Source: Eledone cirrhosa | Lineage: Eukaryota | Direction: 5' to 3' | DNA length: 64,000 bases | Assembly: GCA_964016885.1 (NCBI GenBank) | Contig: CAXHJY010001041.1 | Coordinates: 2,928-66,927 of the forward strand | Shown here: one piece after another, positions 13,337-27,286 of the stretch | How the letters are laid out: each line of letters starts with the position of its first letter | Numbering within the stretch: position 1 is the stretch's first letter | Notes under the pieces: generated by a model | What the model was told of the DNA's origin: nothing | What the model saw: the letters and a program-made list of their open reading frames with translations, nothing else | Database searches by the model: none | Position numbers and translations under genes: made by a program

Positions 13337-13955
13337 TAAATAATAATAATAATGAAATTGTGTACAGTGCTCAGGTGCACTACAACTCATCAAAGGTGCA
13401 TGTATAGTACATAGAATAATATACAAATGTCAGGAAAGTGAACAGTGTATGAGTCATGATATACATGTGTGTATGTGTATGGAGGAGTACATTAGGTGTA
13501 GTGTTAGCGAATCTCGGGAAACATGGAGGCCTTAAAGGATGCAGTGTCTCGACAGCTAACAACCAATGCAGGTAGTTTGTTCCATGCTTCAGCAACTCTG
13601 AGCGTGAAAAAATGTTTCTGAAAGTCATGGGAACTGTACTTTTTTCTGACTTTGTGGGCATGCCCATGTGTGTTAGACACATGGAAATCCAAAAGGTACT
13701 CAAGGTTGTTGTTGGCAACATGGTTAACAATTTTGTGGGTGTTTACCAAGTCAGTTGCCAGGCGTCAGAGCTTCAATGTATCCATGCCCAGGGAAGCAAG
13801 GCGTTCAGAGTATGGTAGATCCCTGATGGAGGGTATTCGTTTGGTTGCACGTCTCTGAACAGTTTCCAGGCAGTCAATGTTCTGAGCAAGATAGGGGTTC
13901 CAGACTGGTGATGTAAATTCTAAATGTGGCCGACCATAGCTATATACAGCTTATA
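13337..13955 (-). mobile_element. CR1-clade LINE, 3' fragment of ORF2 with 3' UTR and (TTA)n tail
   Basis: Minus translation: RPHLEFTSPVWNPY..LETVQRRATKRIP..YSERL..HGHAHKV..KHFFTLRVAEAWNKLP, the typical CR1 ORF2 C-terminus, with an internal stop. Confidence 0.9.
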
Positions 13956-14139
13956 ACGAGGATGATGATGGTGATGATGGTGGACGTAAGGGTTGTGGTG
14001 ATGATGATGATAGTCGTGGTGGCTGTAGATGTCGCCGTCGTTGTGACGATAACAACGACGATGGATATTTTAATGGTGGCAATATTTCAGCAAACGATTA
14101 TTTTATGTCGATAACTTTCTTCTCTCTCTCTCAGACAGA

Positions 14140-15306
14140 TCACCACCACCACCACCATCACCACCACCACCACCACCACCACCACCACCATCACCACCAC
14201 CACCACCATCACCATCACCACCACCACCACCATCACCACCACCACCACCACCACCACCATCACCACCACCACCACCACCACCACCACCACCATCACCACC
14301 ACCACCACCACCACCACCACACCATCACCACACCACCACCACCATCATCACCACCACCACCACCATCATCATCACCACCACCATCACCACCACCATCACC
14401 CTCACCACCACCACCACCACCATCACCCTCACCACCACCACCACCACCACCACCATCACCATCACCACCACCATCACCATCACCATCACCATCACCACCA
14501 CCACCACCACCATCACCACCACCCCACCACCACCACCATCATCACCACCACCATCACCGCTACCACCACCACCACCATCACCACCACCACCACCATCACC
14601 ACCAACACCATCACCACCATCACCACCTCTACCATCACCACCATCACCACCACTACCATCACCACCACCACCATCACCATCATCACCACCACCATCATCA
14701 CCACCATCATCACCACCATCACCACCACAACCACCACCACCACCACCACCACAACCACCACCATCACCATCATCACCACCACCACCATCACCACCACCAT
14801 CACCACCACCATCATCACCACCACCACCATCATCATCACCACCATCACCACCACTACCACAACCACCACCACCACCACCACAACCACCACCACCATCATC
14901 ATCACCACCACCATCACCACCATCACCTTCACCACCATCACCACCAACATCATCACCACCACCATCATCACCACCACCACCATCATCATCACCACCATCA
15001 CCACCACCACCACAACCCACAACCACCACCACAACCACCACCATCACCACCATCACCATCATCACCACCACCATCACCACCACCACCACAACCACCACCA
15101 CCACCACCACCACCACCATCATCATCACCATCACCACCATCACCTTCACCACCATCACCACCACCATCACCACCACCATCATCACCACCACCATCACCAT
15201 CATCATCACCACCATCACCACCACCACCACAACCACCACAACCACCACAACCACCACCATCACCACCATCACCACCACCACCATCACCACCACCACCACC
15301 ATCATC
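14140..15306. repeat. (CAC/CAT)n trinucleotide array, ~1.17 kb
   Basis: Directly visible; source of the poly-His/Pro ORF. Confidence 0.95.
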
Positions 15307-15429
15307 AGTATAACTAGGATCAGTCATTGATATATTTCCCGCTATTTGAAGTTATCGATTAAAATAAAGATTTCTTCAATCAATCGATTGTTACTGAAAT
15401 CGATTGTTTTCTTCCTATATTGATTTCTG

Positions 15430-15590
15430 ATTTAGACACAAAGCCAACAATTTGGGAGGAGGAGAAAGTCAATTAGATTGACACCAGTGCATTACTGGTA
15501 CTTTATTTTATTAGTCCTGTAAAGATGAAAGGCAAAGCTAACCTGGACAGGATTTGAACTCAAAACGTAAAGGGCCGTAACTATATGCCG
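15430..15590 (-). mobile_element. Type 1 SINE
   Basis: Reverse-complement core and B-box. Confidence 0.8.
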
Positions 15591-15649
15591 ACATGTTTTT
15601 TCCTGTCTTTCTATAACCCTGTTTTTATATATTTGTCTGTCTATGTTTT

Positions 15650-15916
15650 TATCTGCCAGCCTATAACTTTGTATTCCCGTCTTTCTATCTGCCAGCCTAT
15701 AACTTTGTATTCCCGTCTTTCTATCTGCCAGCCTATAACTTTGTATTCCCGTCTTTCTATCTGCCAGCCTATAACTTTGTATTCCCGTCTTTCTATCTGC
15801 CAGCCTATAACTTTGTATTCCCGTCTTTCTATCTGCCAGCCTATAACTTTGTATTCCCGTCTTTCTATCTGCCAGCCTATAACTTTGTATTCCGTCTTTC
15901 TATCTGCCAGCCTATA
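15650..15916. repeat. 36-bp minisatellite CTATCTGCCAGCCTATAACTTTGTATTCCCGTCTTT, ~7.5 copies
   Basis: Near-perfect tandem units. Confidence 0.95.
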
Positions 15917-16070
15917 TTGTTGTCTATCTATCCATGTCTGTCTGTCTGCCTTTTTCTATTGAGACGCTCACATACTTGCAGTCAGCCACAAATTAATGAG
16001 TCAGCATTAAGACAGTCGTGTCGCTAACGTCCTGGTGAGCACACACACAAACGCACACACCACACCACAC

Positions 16071-16168
16071 CATACATACATACATACATACATACATACA
16101 TACATACATACATACATACATACATACATACATACATACATACATACATACATACATACATACATACA
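16071..16168. repeat. (CATA)n
   Basis: Directly visible. Confidence 0.95.
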
Positions 16169-16418
16169 TGAACACGCATTTAAACACATAGGAAGACACG
16201 AAGACATAGGAAGATATATATTTCTACTGTTCAAGATGGCGATAGTGCCACAACAATACAGACACGTCTCTCATATATTGGACATTCTAAACACGTACAC
16301 TGTCATTAATCCTGCATTGCCGAAGCACGGTAACCATGTTTATACTAGGCTCATACTTAATATTCCACTCCTATTTTATTTGGCAATCATTCACATTCAG
16401 ATATGTTAAGTAGTCCGT

Positions 16419-16632
16419 GTCGGTCGGCCAGTCCGCCATCTTCTTCGCTGCTCACTTCTACACTCTGTCTGTCTGTCTGTCTGTCAGCCAGTCCGCCATC
16501 TTCCTTGCTGCTCATTTTTACACTCTGTCTGTCGGCCAGTCCGCCATCTTCCTCGCTGCTCACTGTCTATATTCTGTCTGTCTGTCGGTCGGCCAGTCAG
16601 TCCGCCATCTTCCTCGCTGCTCACTGTCTATA
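16419..16632. repeat. ~50-60 bp tandem repeat x4, each with CCGCCATCTT
   Basis: Units GCCAGTCCGCCATCTTC.TCGCTGCTCA.. Confidence 0.85.
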
Positions 16633-17290
16633 TTCTCATCATACTTGTCACAGTTAAGACATAAGACATCAGTCCAATAAAAAAAATGACAACAAAACAG
16701 TAATAACAACAACAGTAACAACAACGGCAAAAAAAAAAACTCTAACAAAAACAAAATACTCGACTCCTGTCTTAGAAATGGATTTCTCCATCATAGACAA
16801 CTCAGAGCAGAATATATATATATATAGTTTTATTTTCTTGTTTCAATAGGAACTGTAACGCTATTTTGGATGCACGACTGATCTGATGAAACCTTCCACC
16901 ATTTTTCTTTTTATCTTTTTCACTTCATTTAAAATATTTTTGTTTCTAGTAGGGAAAAAAAGATAGAATCAAATAGCTGCGTTGCTTCCTCGACTTCTGG
17001 CAGGTGTTAATTATACTAGCTGTTGTTGTTGTCTAACATTTGTGATACAAAACACCTTTGAATTTCACCTTGTTCTACCAATCCAAACTGTTTGTTTTAA
17101 AGTGTTTCTGCTTATCCAAAACCCTTCTGTCATAATTTTGTATAAGAACCTTTGTTGAGTTATGTCCCAAACACCAAATAAATAAATGAGAGTTAATTAT
17201 TTCACTAAATCCTTCCAAATTCTTGATTATTTTCAAAATTAATTGAGGATTACACCCGTCTCTTATTAAAAACAATGATAAACGGATGAA

Positions 17291-17599
17291 CCCTTTTGAT
17301 ATCAAGCCACCTGAAACTACCCCAGGTTCAATGGTACAAACCTTTATTTCTAGATATTTATGTTTACGTAAAAACCTTCCATTTTCTTTCGTTGCCTAAT
17401 AGTCCTTCCTCTTTCCCTCCTATTGTTCTAATTTATAGCATTTATAGTCCTCTCCTTTACTTTCCTATACAGCCAGATCTGCCCTTCCCCTTGTTTTTCT
17501 TTAACTATATATGATAATTAGTTTTATAGAAGAAGCTTGAAACTTTAAGTTATGTTCCAAACACCAACTTAATCATGAGAAAGTTTTCTATTAAAAGGG
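17291..17599. mobile_element. piggyBac-like MITE (CCCTTTT...AAAAGGG|TTAA)
   Basis: Short TIR and TTAA at the right end; related pieces at 17110-17285, 41520-41840 and 44586-44621. Confidence 0.55.
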
Positions 17600-17834
17600 T
17601 TAAACAACAGCAGCAGATATTGGTCCTTTAATATTTTACACTGAAAGTATGCAGAAATGTTAGAGGTTGCTTGAGTGTTTCAATGAAAAGAGCCACGTCC
17701 TATAATGTCCTAGGTTTTCTGGTAGTAGGAGGCGAAGTAGGAACAGAGCCAGAATACATAGCAAAAGATATCTCGTTCGACGCTCCAACAATTCCATTAA
17801 TCCATCATTCTGGACTGCTACTTTAACGAGCATT

Positions 17835-17945
17835 CCACACACTCACTCACACACACACACACACACACTCACTCACTCACTCACTCACTCACTCACTCAC
17901 TCACTCACTCACTCACTCACTCACTCACTCACTCACTCACACACT
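17835..17945. repeat. (CA)n/(CACT)n
   Basis: Directly visible. Confidence 0.95.
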
Positions 17946-18396
17946 CTATTTTAACGACATATACTTTATTTATCAACCCCGAAGAGATTAAAGACAAAGT
18001 TGAACTAAGTTTTAACTAAGAACAGAGAGAAGTACAAGAAACATCACGAAATATTCTGTTACTCCACCAACTCTGCCAATTCTCACATTAACTGGCAACA
18101 GAGAATAATTTAAGTAATTTACTGGGTGAAAGTTAAATAGAATGAAGAACTCCTTGATATCATCAATACAATATATTGGGGATTGTCCTCGACTGAGCCA
18201 ACTAATTATATATCAGAGAATGGTAACGAATGAGTTCTTCAACATGATGGAATCTATCTTTTACACATCTTTATCAAATTTTATTTGGCCGAATCTTCGT
18301 CTAATTAATTGTTTTTCACGTTTGTTTTTTGTTGCTTTTTCTCAATGGCAAACAATTGGAGTTGAGTTGAAGAACATTCAATACCTTCAGTGTTTT

Positions 18397-18606
18397 CTAC
18401 TACTACTGCTGCTGCTACTACTACTACTGCTGCTGCTACTACTACTGCTGCCGCTATTACTACTACCACTACTGGTGCTACTACTACTGCTACTACTACT
18501 GCTGCTGCTGCTGCTACTACTACTACTACTGGTGCTGCTACTACTACTGCTGCTACTACTACTACTACTGCTGCTACTACTGGTGCTACTATTGCTGCTG
18601 CTGTTG

Positions 18607-18663
<57 letters not shown>

Positions 18664-18733
18664 TCGCCGCCGCCGCCACTACAACAATCGCAGCAACCAC
18701 CACCACCACCACCACCACCACTACTGCTGCTGT
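18397..18733. repeat. (CTA/CTG/CCA)n trinucleotide repeat
   Basis: Directly visible. Confidence 0.95.
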
Positions 18734-18845
18734 TTCTTTTCGTTGTTTAATCCTGTGATATTGTTTCTGTTGTTGGTTCTTCAAAGAACCGACTTGCGTG
18801 ACAATAATTTTTAGCTACCAAGGTCAATTGAAAGACATAAATCTT

Positions 18846-19260
18846 TTAATACGGAAGCTTGAGCCACCTTGTTAATACGGAAGCTTGAGCTACCTTGTTA
18901 ATACGGAAGCTTGAGCCACCTTGTTAATACGGAAGCTTGAGCTACCTTGTTAATACGGAAGCTTGAGCTACCTTGTTAATACGGAAGCTTGAGCCACCTT
19001 GTTAATACGGAAGCTTGAGCTACCTTGTTAATACGGAAGCTTGAGCTACCTTGTTAATACGGAGCTTGAGCCACCTTGTTAATACGGAAGCTTGAGCTAC
19101 CTTGTTAATACGGAAGCTTGAGCTACCTTGTTAATACGGAAGCTTGAGCTACCTTGTTAATACGGAAGCTTGAGCCACCTTGTTAATACGGAAGCTTGAG
19201 CTACCTTGTTAATACGGAAGCTTGAGCTACCTTGTTAATACGGAAGCTTGAGCTACCTTG
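18846..19260. repeat. 26-bp minisatellite TTAATACGGAAGCTTGAGC(T/C)ACCTTG, ~16 copies
   Basis: Near-perfect tandem units with two variants. Confidence 0.97.
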
Positions 19261-19399
19261 CGAATCCAAGTAATTCGAACGTGATTCTAGTCTAGTGAAC
19301 ATTTTCTTTAAATCTTCAGTGTCACATTCGATATTCAAGACTTTATAGTTTGTATTTTCACTTAGATTCAAAATACAAATTCATCAATCATTTGTGACT

Positions 19400-19855
19400 T
19401 GGGTATTGCTGGATTCCTATTACACCTGGAGTTGGTGGATGTAGACCAAGGGGTCAGAGAATGACATCGTTATAATCTCACAGTTCCGAGATGGTAAAAC
19501 CCTTATCTGGGATGTAACATGTTGAGATACTCTTTCCAGCAGCAACACGGTCAATTCAGCGACAGACCCAGGTTTTTTGGTGCCTGACAAACTGAAGATC
19601 GCAGGATTTTGAATTACTGACCGCTTTCCGGTAGATTTATCATTGAGCTTAGAAAGTGGTGAAAACTTCTGGTGTACTTCTCGTGACCTGAGACCCGGAA
19701 CAATTTCTCTACTTACTATTATCAGGATGAAGTTGAAAACCCACAAGAAAGAGTCCCACGAGTTGGAATGGTTTTTTCAACACCTTTCCCTTGCTACCCC
19801 CCGGGGTAAAGGTTTTTCAATTCTGTCCGCTAGACCTTCAGGCAACACCCATCTG
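19400..19855 (+). mobile_element. Decayed CRE-clade-like non-LTR retrotransposon, restriction-like endonuclease C-terminus
   Basis: Broken frames give FRDGKTLIWDVTC*DTLSSS and ELEWFFQHLSLATPRGKGFSILSA, resembling the G..L.WD.T..DTLA and F.QRLS.A.QRGNA motifs. Confidence 0.65.
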
Positions 19856-19999
19856 AGGTCCTGCACGTCAGATCGAACGAACAAAAGAACATGATAACCT
19901 TTCGTTGACTGGTTGGTGCTGTTACCGTTGGCCACTACATACACATATACACAACCTAGTGCTAAATAATCATTAGTTCTAATGATCTATAAAGTATTT

Positions 20000-20205
20000 A
20001 TAAGTCGTTTATCTCCTGGAGATGAGGGTTGCACATTTTTTCGGGGGTATGTGTTACCCATATGAACTGTCTCCCCCTATTGGGGAAAATCGACTAATTT
20101 TTTAAATTGCATTTGTGATAACATTTTACACGTTTTTATTGTATGTAAACTTCCCCCTTTGTATTTGTCCCTTTCTTTTGTGCCCCTGTGGCTAATAAAG
20201 AAACA
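20000..20205 (+). mobile_element. Probable LINE 3' UTR ending AATAAAGAAA before (CTAT)n
   Basis: PolyA signal abutting a tetranucleotide tract and the RT fragment; family not identified. Confidence 0.35.
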
Positions 20206-20259
<54 letters not shown>

Positions 20260-20263
20260 GTCT

Positions 20264-20524
20264 ATGCACAGCAGCCGCATCTGCTCTAGGGTCAAGGTGA
20301 ACGGCTACCTCTCGGAGCCGTTCAAAATCGCGCGGTCCATCCGACAAGGGTGCCCTCTCTCCTCCCTTCTGTATGTGTTGACTCTAGAGCCACTACTGCG
20401 GAAGTTGGAGTTGTTGCCGGGCATCCCTTTGGAACCGGGATTGCAGAAAGCGGTGTCGGCCTACGCCGATGACGTGACAGTAATGGTGTCGACGGCCTCG
20501 GAAATCGGGGCGGTCGGCACCTTA
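20264..20524 (+). mobile_element. L1/Tx1-type reverse transcriptase fragment
   Basis: VKVNGYLSEPFKIARSIRQGCPLSSLLYVLTLEPLL..AYADDVTV (RT QG.PLS and YADD motifs); bounded by (CTAT)n and (CT)n. Confidence 0.92.
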
Positions 20525-20671
20525 CTCTCACTCTCTCTCTCTCTCTCCCTCTCTCTCACTCTCACTCTCTCTCACTCTCACTCTCTCACCCTCTCTCTCA
20601 CTCTCTCACTCTCTCATTCCCTCACCCTCTCTCTCACTCTCTCACCCTCTCTCTCTCTCACCCTCTCTCTC

Positions 20672-20707
<36 letters not shown>

Positions 20708-20777
20708 TCTCTCTCTCTCTCTCTCTCACCCTCTCTCTCTCACTCTCTCTCTCACCCTCTCTCTCACCCTCTCTCTC

Positions 20778-20863
<86 letters not shown>

Positions 20864-20918
20864 TCACTCTCTCTCTCACTCACTCACTCACTCACTCTAT
20901 ATATATATATTCTCTCTC
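20525..20918. repeat. (CT)n/(CACT)n tract
   Basis: Directly visible. Confidence 0.95.
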
Positions 20919-21305
20919 AATATGTCATTTTCTCTGTCCCTTTCTATCTCCCTTTTTCTCTATCGATTTGATCTCTACCTCTCTTTCTTTCCTCTTCTCC
21001 CTTCTCCCCCCTCCCCCTCCCCCTCCCCACTTCTCTCTATGTGATACATTGACTTAGATTAACATTTTATTGTACAGTATTAACTTAGAAAGTCATCTTC
21101 TTCGTGATCAGATTGAGAAGAGAGAGAAATTAGGTTGTTGTTCGTTCGGCTCATCTCCGTCCTTTCCTTTTTATTGTCTTCTCACCGGAAATTAACATAG
21201 AAATCACCAGGCCATCGGAAGTTGTTCTTTTAGCTCTAAAGTGATTTAATGAGAAGCATAATATTGTTAGTTGCTTAAAAACTAACTGATCTAAACTGAA
21301 GAACT

Positions 21306-21370
21306 GCACACGTACACACACACGCACACGCACGCACACACACACACGCACACGCACGCACACACACACA

Positions 21371-21451
<81 letters not shown>
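21306..21451. repeat. (CA)n
   Basis: Directly visible. Confidence 0.95.
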
Positions 21452-21453
<2 letters not shown>

Positions 21454-21930
21454 CTAAGGGAGATAATTAGATGGATTAGATGAAAGATTGTTAGTGAAAT
21501 GCAATTGGGTGCTGGTTAACAGGGGATAGAGCTAAAAATGTTTGTAGAATACAAGTGAGAAAATGTTAGCGGGATATGAGTGTGTAGGTTACCACTGAGA
21601 TATTGTAACATAAAGCTAGATTACAAGCGAGTGATCGTTCTTGGCATACAAATGGAATACAGAATTTACCTTCTAGCTACCAACAAGTAGATCTTTCGTC
21701 CGAAATATTGTCAGATGTGGCTGACATCTTTGCTTTTGCTTCTATATATATATTTTTCTATTTTCTTTTTTCTTTTTCTTTTTTCTTTTTTTCTTTTTCT
21801 TTTTTTCTTTTTTCATTCTTTTTTCTTTTTTCTTTTTTCTTTTTTCTTTTTTCTTTTTTCTTTTTTCTTTTTTCTTTTTTCTTTTTTCTTTTTAACTTCT
21901 TTTGTAAAGTGACGAAATAGTGTATTGTTA

Positions 21931-21986
<56 letters not shown>

Positions 21987-21987
<1 letters not shown>

Positions 21988-22290
21988 GGGCGGTGGATTG
22001 GCAGAATCGGTAGAGAGTCGGCCAACACGCCTTGTGGCATAGTTACGGCCCTGTGCGTTCAAATCCAGCCGAAGTTAGCTTTACCTTTCATCCTTACGGG
22101 ATCGATAAAATAAAGTACCAGTAACGCACTGGGTCGATTTAATCAACTTTCCTCTCATTCACAATTGTTGGCCTTGTACCTAAATCAGAAACCATTATTA
22201 TATTCTGTTTAATTACCGGGTCGATAAAATAAAGTACCAGTAATACACTGGGATAATTGCTGGCCTTGTGCCAAAAGTAGAATCAATTAT
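21987..22290 (+). mobile_element. Full type 1 SINE plus second 5'-truncated SINE in its tail
   Basis: GGGCGGTGGATTGGCAGAATCGGTAGAG head; the second copy is flanked by duplicated ATTATTATATTCTGTTTAATT. Confidence 0.88.
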
Positions 22291-22385
22291 TATATTCTGT
22301 TTAATTTCGCCAGAATTGTAAACGTGTGAACTGTTGTTATTGTCACTGTCCCCCCCCCTTTTATGGCGCTGTTTCTAAGGTAGTC

Positions 22386-22482
<97 letters not shown>

Positions 22483-22628
22483 TGTTGCAGCGAATTTCGT
22501 AACTCTTCTCTATCTCCTCCTAAGCGTGATACTAATAGGACTTTGTGTTGTCATTTATTTAACTGTCTGTGTGTGTACGTGCGTATTCAGTCAGGCTATA
22601 TATATATGTGTGTATGTGTGTGTGTATG

Positions 22629-22900
22629 TGGAGGCACGTGGCCTAGTGGTAAGGGTGTTGGACTTACGATCATAATGTCGTGGATTCGATTCCTGGGTTG
22701 TGTGTTGTGTTCTTGAGCAAAACACTTCATTTCACGTTGCTCCAGTATACTCTGAGTACCAGCAATAGCTGGAGGTTTAACCCTGCGATGGACTGGCGTC
22801 CTGTCCAAGGGGCGGGGGGTCTTGTATTCTCTGTCACTTCACGCCACAAAACCGGGATAAGCACTGACCAAATGAGACTTCTGGCTTAAGACAAACTTTA
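22629..22900 (+). mobile_element. CORE-like tRNA-derived SINE
   Basis: GGAGGCACGTGGCCTAGTGGTAAGGG (A-box), GATTCGATTCC (B-box), TTGAGCAAAACACTTCATTTCACGTTGCTCCAG core. Confidence 0.88.
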
Positions 22901-22922
22901 GACTTAGATAGATAGATAGATA

Positions 22923-22993
<71 letters not shown>

Positions 22994-23627
22994 TGTGTGT
23001 GTGTGTGTGTGCGAGCGAGCGAGCGCGCGCGTGTAATTATTTAAAAAGAATAGTCAGGTAATCAACTTTTGAAAATACATTTCATGAGATAATATAAACA
23101 ATATTAGATAAACAACAACATATATCTTACAAATTGTGCATGATATGCAAAATAAAACATGCAGAAAGATGAAAGGCAATTAAAAATTAATTACCCGTTT
23201 CTAGATAAAGAATTCTAGAGAGAAGGGGGAACAAAGAAAGCAGCTGTTTTAATATCATAGAAATGGGGAAAAGATAGTGTGTTGTTCCCTCTTTCCCACA
23301 CTAAGATGTCGACATTGACTTACAAGTTGTTCATCATATCTCCAGACATCATCTTCTGGACACTCACCCTCAACAAACAGATGGCTCCTTACACCACCAC
23401 CTCCCAGTCTCCATCCTATTTAATTGCTTCTTGTGCCAACAGCTCCCCACCAGTCGATAACCGTTGACAGCTCAGGGAATATCGTTTAGGTGGCTCTGAG
23501 CCGCCTCACACAATAACACATGTCACTATAGTTTTAACTTCTTAACTTCTCGTCAACAATTCTCAATTGTATTGCAATGAATTGGTGGCGTGCGTCACAC
23601 TTCCAGAGGCATGTATAAGTCCAAATC

Positions 23628-23667
<40 letters not shown>

Positions 23668-23877
23668 CGCACACACACACACACACACAGCAATGGCATG
23701 TCCAGCATTTTAAATGAATCTATAGTCCTGTAGCTACTAATGGAGTCGTAGTGGCGCCATGTTGACGTTTCTAGGGTATTTTCTTTTTTTAAACCTGGTG
23801 GAGTCCATCCCCTCTCCAGGTCTGAATACACCAGATTTCTTCCAGAGTGAGAGAGAGAAAGTGAGAGATGTAGAGGA

Positions 23878-25765
23878 AGAATCTACCCTAGTAGAAGACT
23901 GGTACTTCTTTTTATCGACCTCGAATCTATCAGACGTTCTAACCACTCTACCATTCTATCAGACGTTCTAACAACTCTACCATACTATCTGACGTTCTAA
24001 CCACTCTACCATTCTATCAGACGTTCTAACCTCTCTACCATTCTATCTGACGTTCTAACAACTCTACCATTCATCTGACGTTCTAACAACTCTACCATTC
24101 ATCAGACGTTCTAACAACTCTACCATTCTATCAGACGTTCTAACCTCTCTACCATTCTATCTGACGTTCGAACCACTCTACCATTCATCAGACGTTCTAA
24201 CCACTCTACCATTCTATCTGACGTTCTAACAACTCTACCATTCATCAGACGTTCTAACAACTCTACCATTCTATCTGACGTTCTAACCACACTACCATTC
24301 TATCTGACGTTTTAACGACTCTACCATACTATCTGACGTTCTAACCACCCTACCATTCTATCTGACGTTCTAACCACTCTACCATTCTATCAGACGTTCT
24401 AACCTCTCTACCATTCTATCAGACGTTCTAAGCACTCTACCATTCTATCTGACGTTCTAACCACTCTACCATTCTATCAGACGTTCTAACCACTCTACCA
24501 TTCTATCTGACGTTCTAACCACTCTACCATTCTATCTGACGTTCTAACCTCTCTACCATTCTATCTGACGTTCTAACCACTCTACCATTTTATCTGACGT
24601 TCTAACCTCTCTACCATTCTATCTGACGTTCTAACCACTCTACCACTCTATCTGACGTTCTAACCTCTCTCACCACTCTACCATTCTATCTGACGTTCTA
24701 ATGACCCTGCCATTCTATCTGACATTCGAACCACTCTACCATTCTATCAGACGTTCTAACCTCTCTACCATTCTATCAGACGTTCTAACAACTCTATCAT
24801 TCTATCAGACGTTCTAACAACTCTACCATTCTATCTGACGTTCTAACCACTCTACGATTCTATCTGACGTTCTAACCACACTACCATTCTAAGTGACGTT
24901 CTAACCACTCTACCATTCTATCTGACGTTCTAACCACTCTACCATACTATCTGACGTTCTAACCACCCTACCATTCTATCTGACGTTCTAACCACTCTAC
25001 CATTCTATCAGACGTTCTAACCTCTCTACCATTCTATCAGACGTTCTAAGCACTCTACCATTCTATCTGACGTTCTAACCACTCTACCATTCTATCAGAC
25101 GTTCTAACCACTCTACCATTCTATCTGACGTTCTAACCACTCTACCATTCTATCTGACGTTCTAACCTCTCTACCATTCTATCTGACGTTCTAACCACTC
25201 TACCATTTTATCTGACGTTCTAACCTCTCTACCATTCTATCTGACGTTCTAACCTCTCTACCATTCTATCTGACGTTCTAACCACTCTACCACTCGATCT
25301 GACGTTCTAACCTCTCTCACCACTCTACCATTCTATCTGACGTTCTAATGACCCTGCCATTCTATCTGACATTCGAACCACTCTACCATTCTATCAGACG
25401 TTCTAACCTCTCTACCATTCTATCAGACGTTCTAACAACTCTATCATTCTATCAGACGTTCTAACAACTCTACCATTCTATCTGACGTTCTAACCACTCT
25501 ACGATTCTATCTGACGTTCTAACCACACTACCATTCTATCTGACGTTCTAACCACTCTACCATTCTATCTGACGTTCTAACCACTCTACCATTCAATCTG
25601 ACGTTCTAACCACTCTACCATTCTATCTGACGTTCTAACCACTCTACCATTCAATCTGACGTTCTAACCTCTCTACCATTCTATCTGACGTTCTAACCAC
25701 TCTACCATTCTATCTGATGTTTTAACCACTCTGCCATTCTAACGACTCTCACAATTCGCCGCCCA
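23878..25765 (-). mobile_element. Type 1 SINE whose A-box region expanded into a minisatellite
   Basis: SINE 5' end GGCGGCGAATTG at ~25763 and SINE core at 23880-23925 flank the array. Confidence 0.8.
23926..25745. repeat. 29-bp minisatellite TTCTATCTGACGTTCTAACCACTCTACCA, ~62 copies
   Basis: Directly visible; reverse complement matches the SINE head at 883-911. Confidence 0.97.
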
Positions 25766-26689
25766 ATAAGATTCTAAATAAATCTGCACAAAAACTACAA
25801 ACGGAAGAAGACCGAGTTGTAACAGAATAAATTTGCAACAATTCTTTAATAAAAAATAAAAGAATTGAGTTTATTATTTATTAAATTTCAAGTAGCGACT
25901 GTTTCACTGATATATCGTAAATTTTCTTAAGTATTTCAGATTTTGTTTTGCTATTCACATCATTTGGATTTTTTATCTCGTTATTCTTTTATCTGGTTCT
26001 GTTAGAAGTATTTCGTTCTTATATTTCCTTGTTCTCTCATTTCATTATTCTTATATTTTTATATTCTTCTAATCATAATCGCCAGTACCACTGATCCTGT
26101 TTTTCAATAGAAGTCAAAGGAGATTGGCCGGAAGGCAAACAACATCGCAGCTTGTTTTAAATAATGTTCATTGGATTCCATTGTATGAGTGTTCCAGTAC
26201 AATAGGGATTTTTAGTGAGAATTTCTCCGAGCCAATTCTTTAGTGAGATTACAACACTGGCCTCGGGTATTAACCATTGAGTGGAGACATTTCATTTCGG
26301 CAATCAGAGAGCCTCTATGGAGGCTTCAAGATTACAATATGGCTTCTGGTTCTTTAAAAAAAGGTAGAGACAAAAGGACAAACAAGCGAAAAGGTTGAAA
26401 TTTGCATATCAAAAGATATAGAATGTTCTTGATGGTGTTGTTGCTGACGGTGGTGTTGATAGATGTTACTGTAGATCTGTTGTTATTGTCGTCGTTTTCT
26501 ATCCATTTTCTACCGTATCTGTATTTGAACATCTCAGGTATTTTCAATCTTTTCCGCCAGTTCCTTTTCTAAGTCGTCTCTCACTTCGACTAGAAAAAAA
26601 CAATATGGCTCTGCCAACTTCCCATAACCCTTCTTCAGAATCTTTGCTTTTATCTCTCTTTCGATCTACTTATTGAATTTCATAACGCG

Positions 26690-27286
<597 letters not shown>

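Noticed and set aside
14105-15313. 402-aa poly-His/Pro ORF
   Set aside because: (CAC/CAT)n repeat open in several frames.
18846-19260. CRISPR-like array (also considered for the 29-, 36- and 48-bp repeats)
   Set aside because: Units are contiguous with no unique spacers, no cas genes, and the context is eukaryotic.
22629-22700. tRNA-like heads as functional tRNA genes
   Set aside because: They continue into SINE cores and lack complete cloverleaf pairing.
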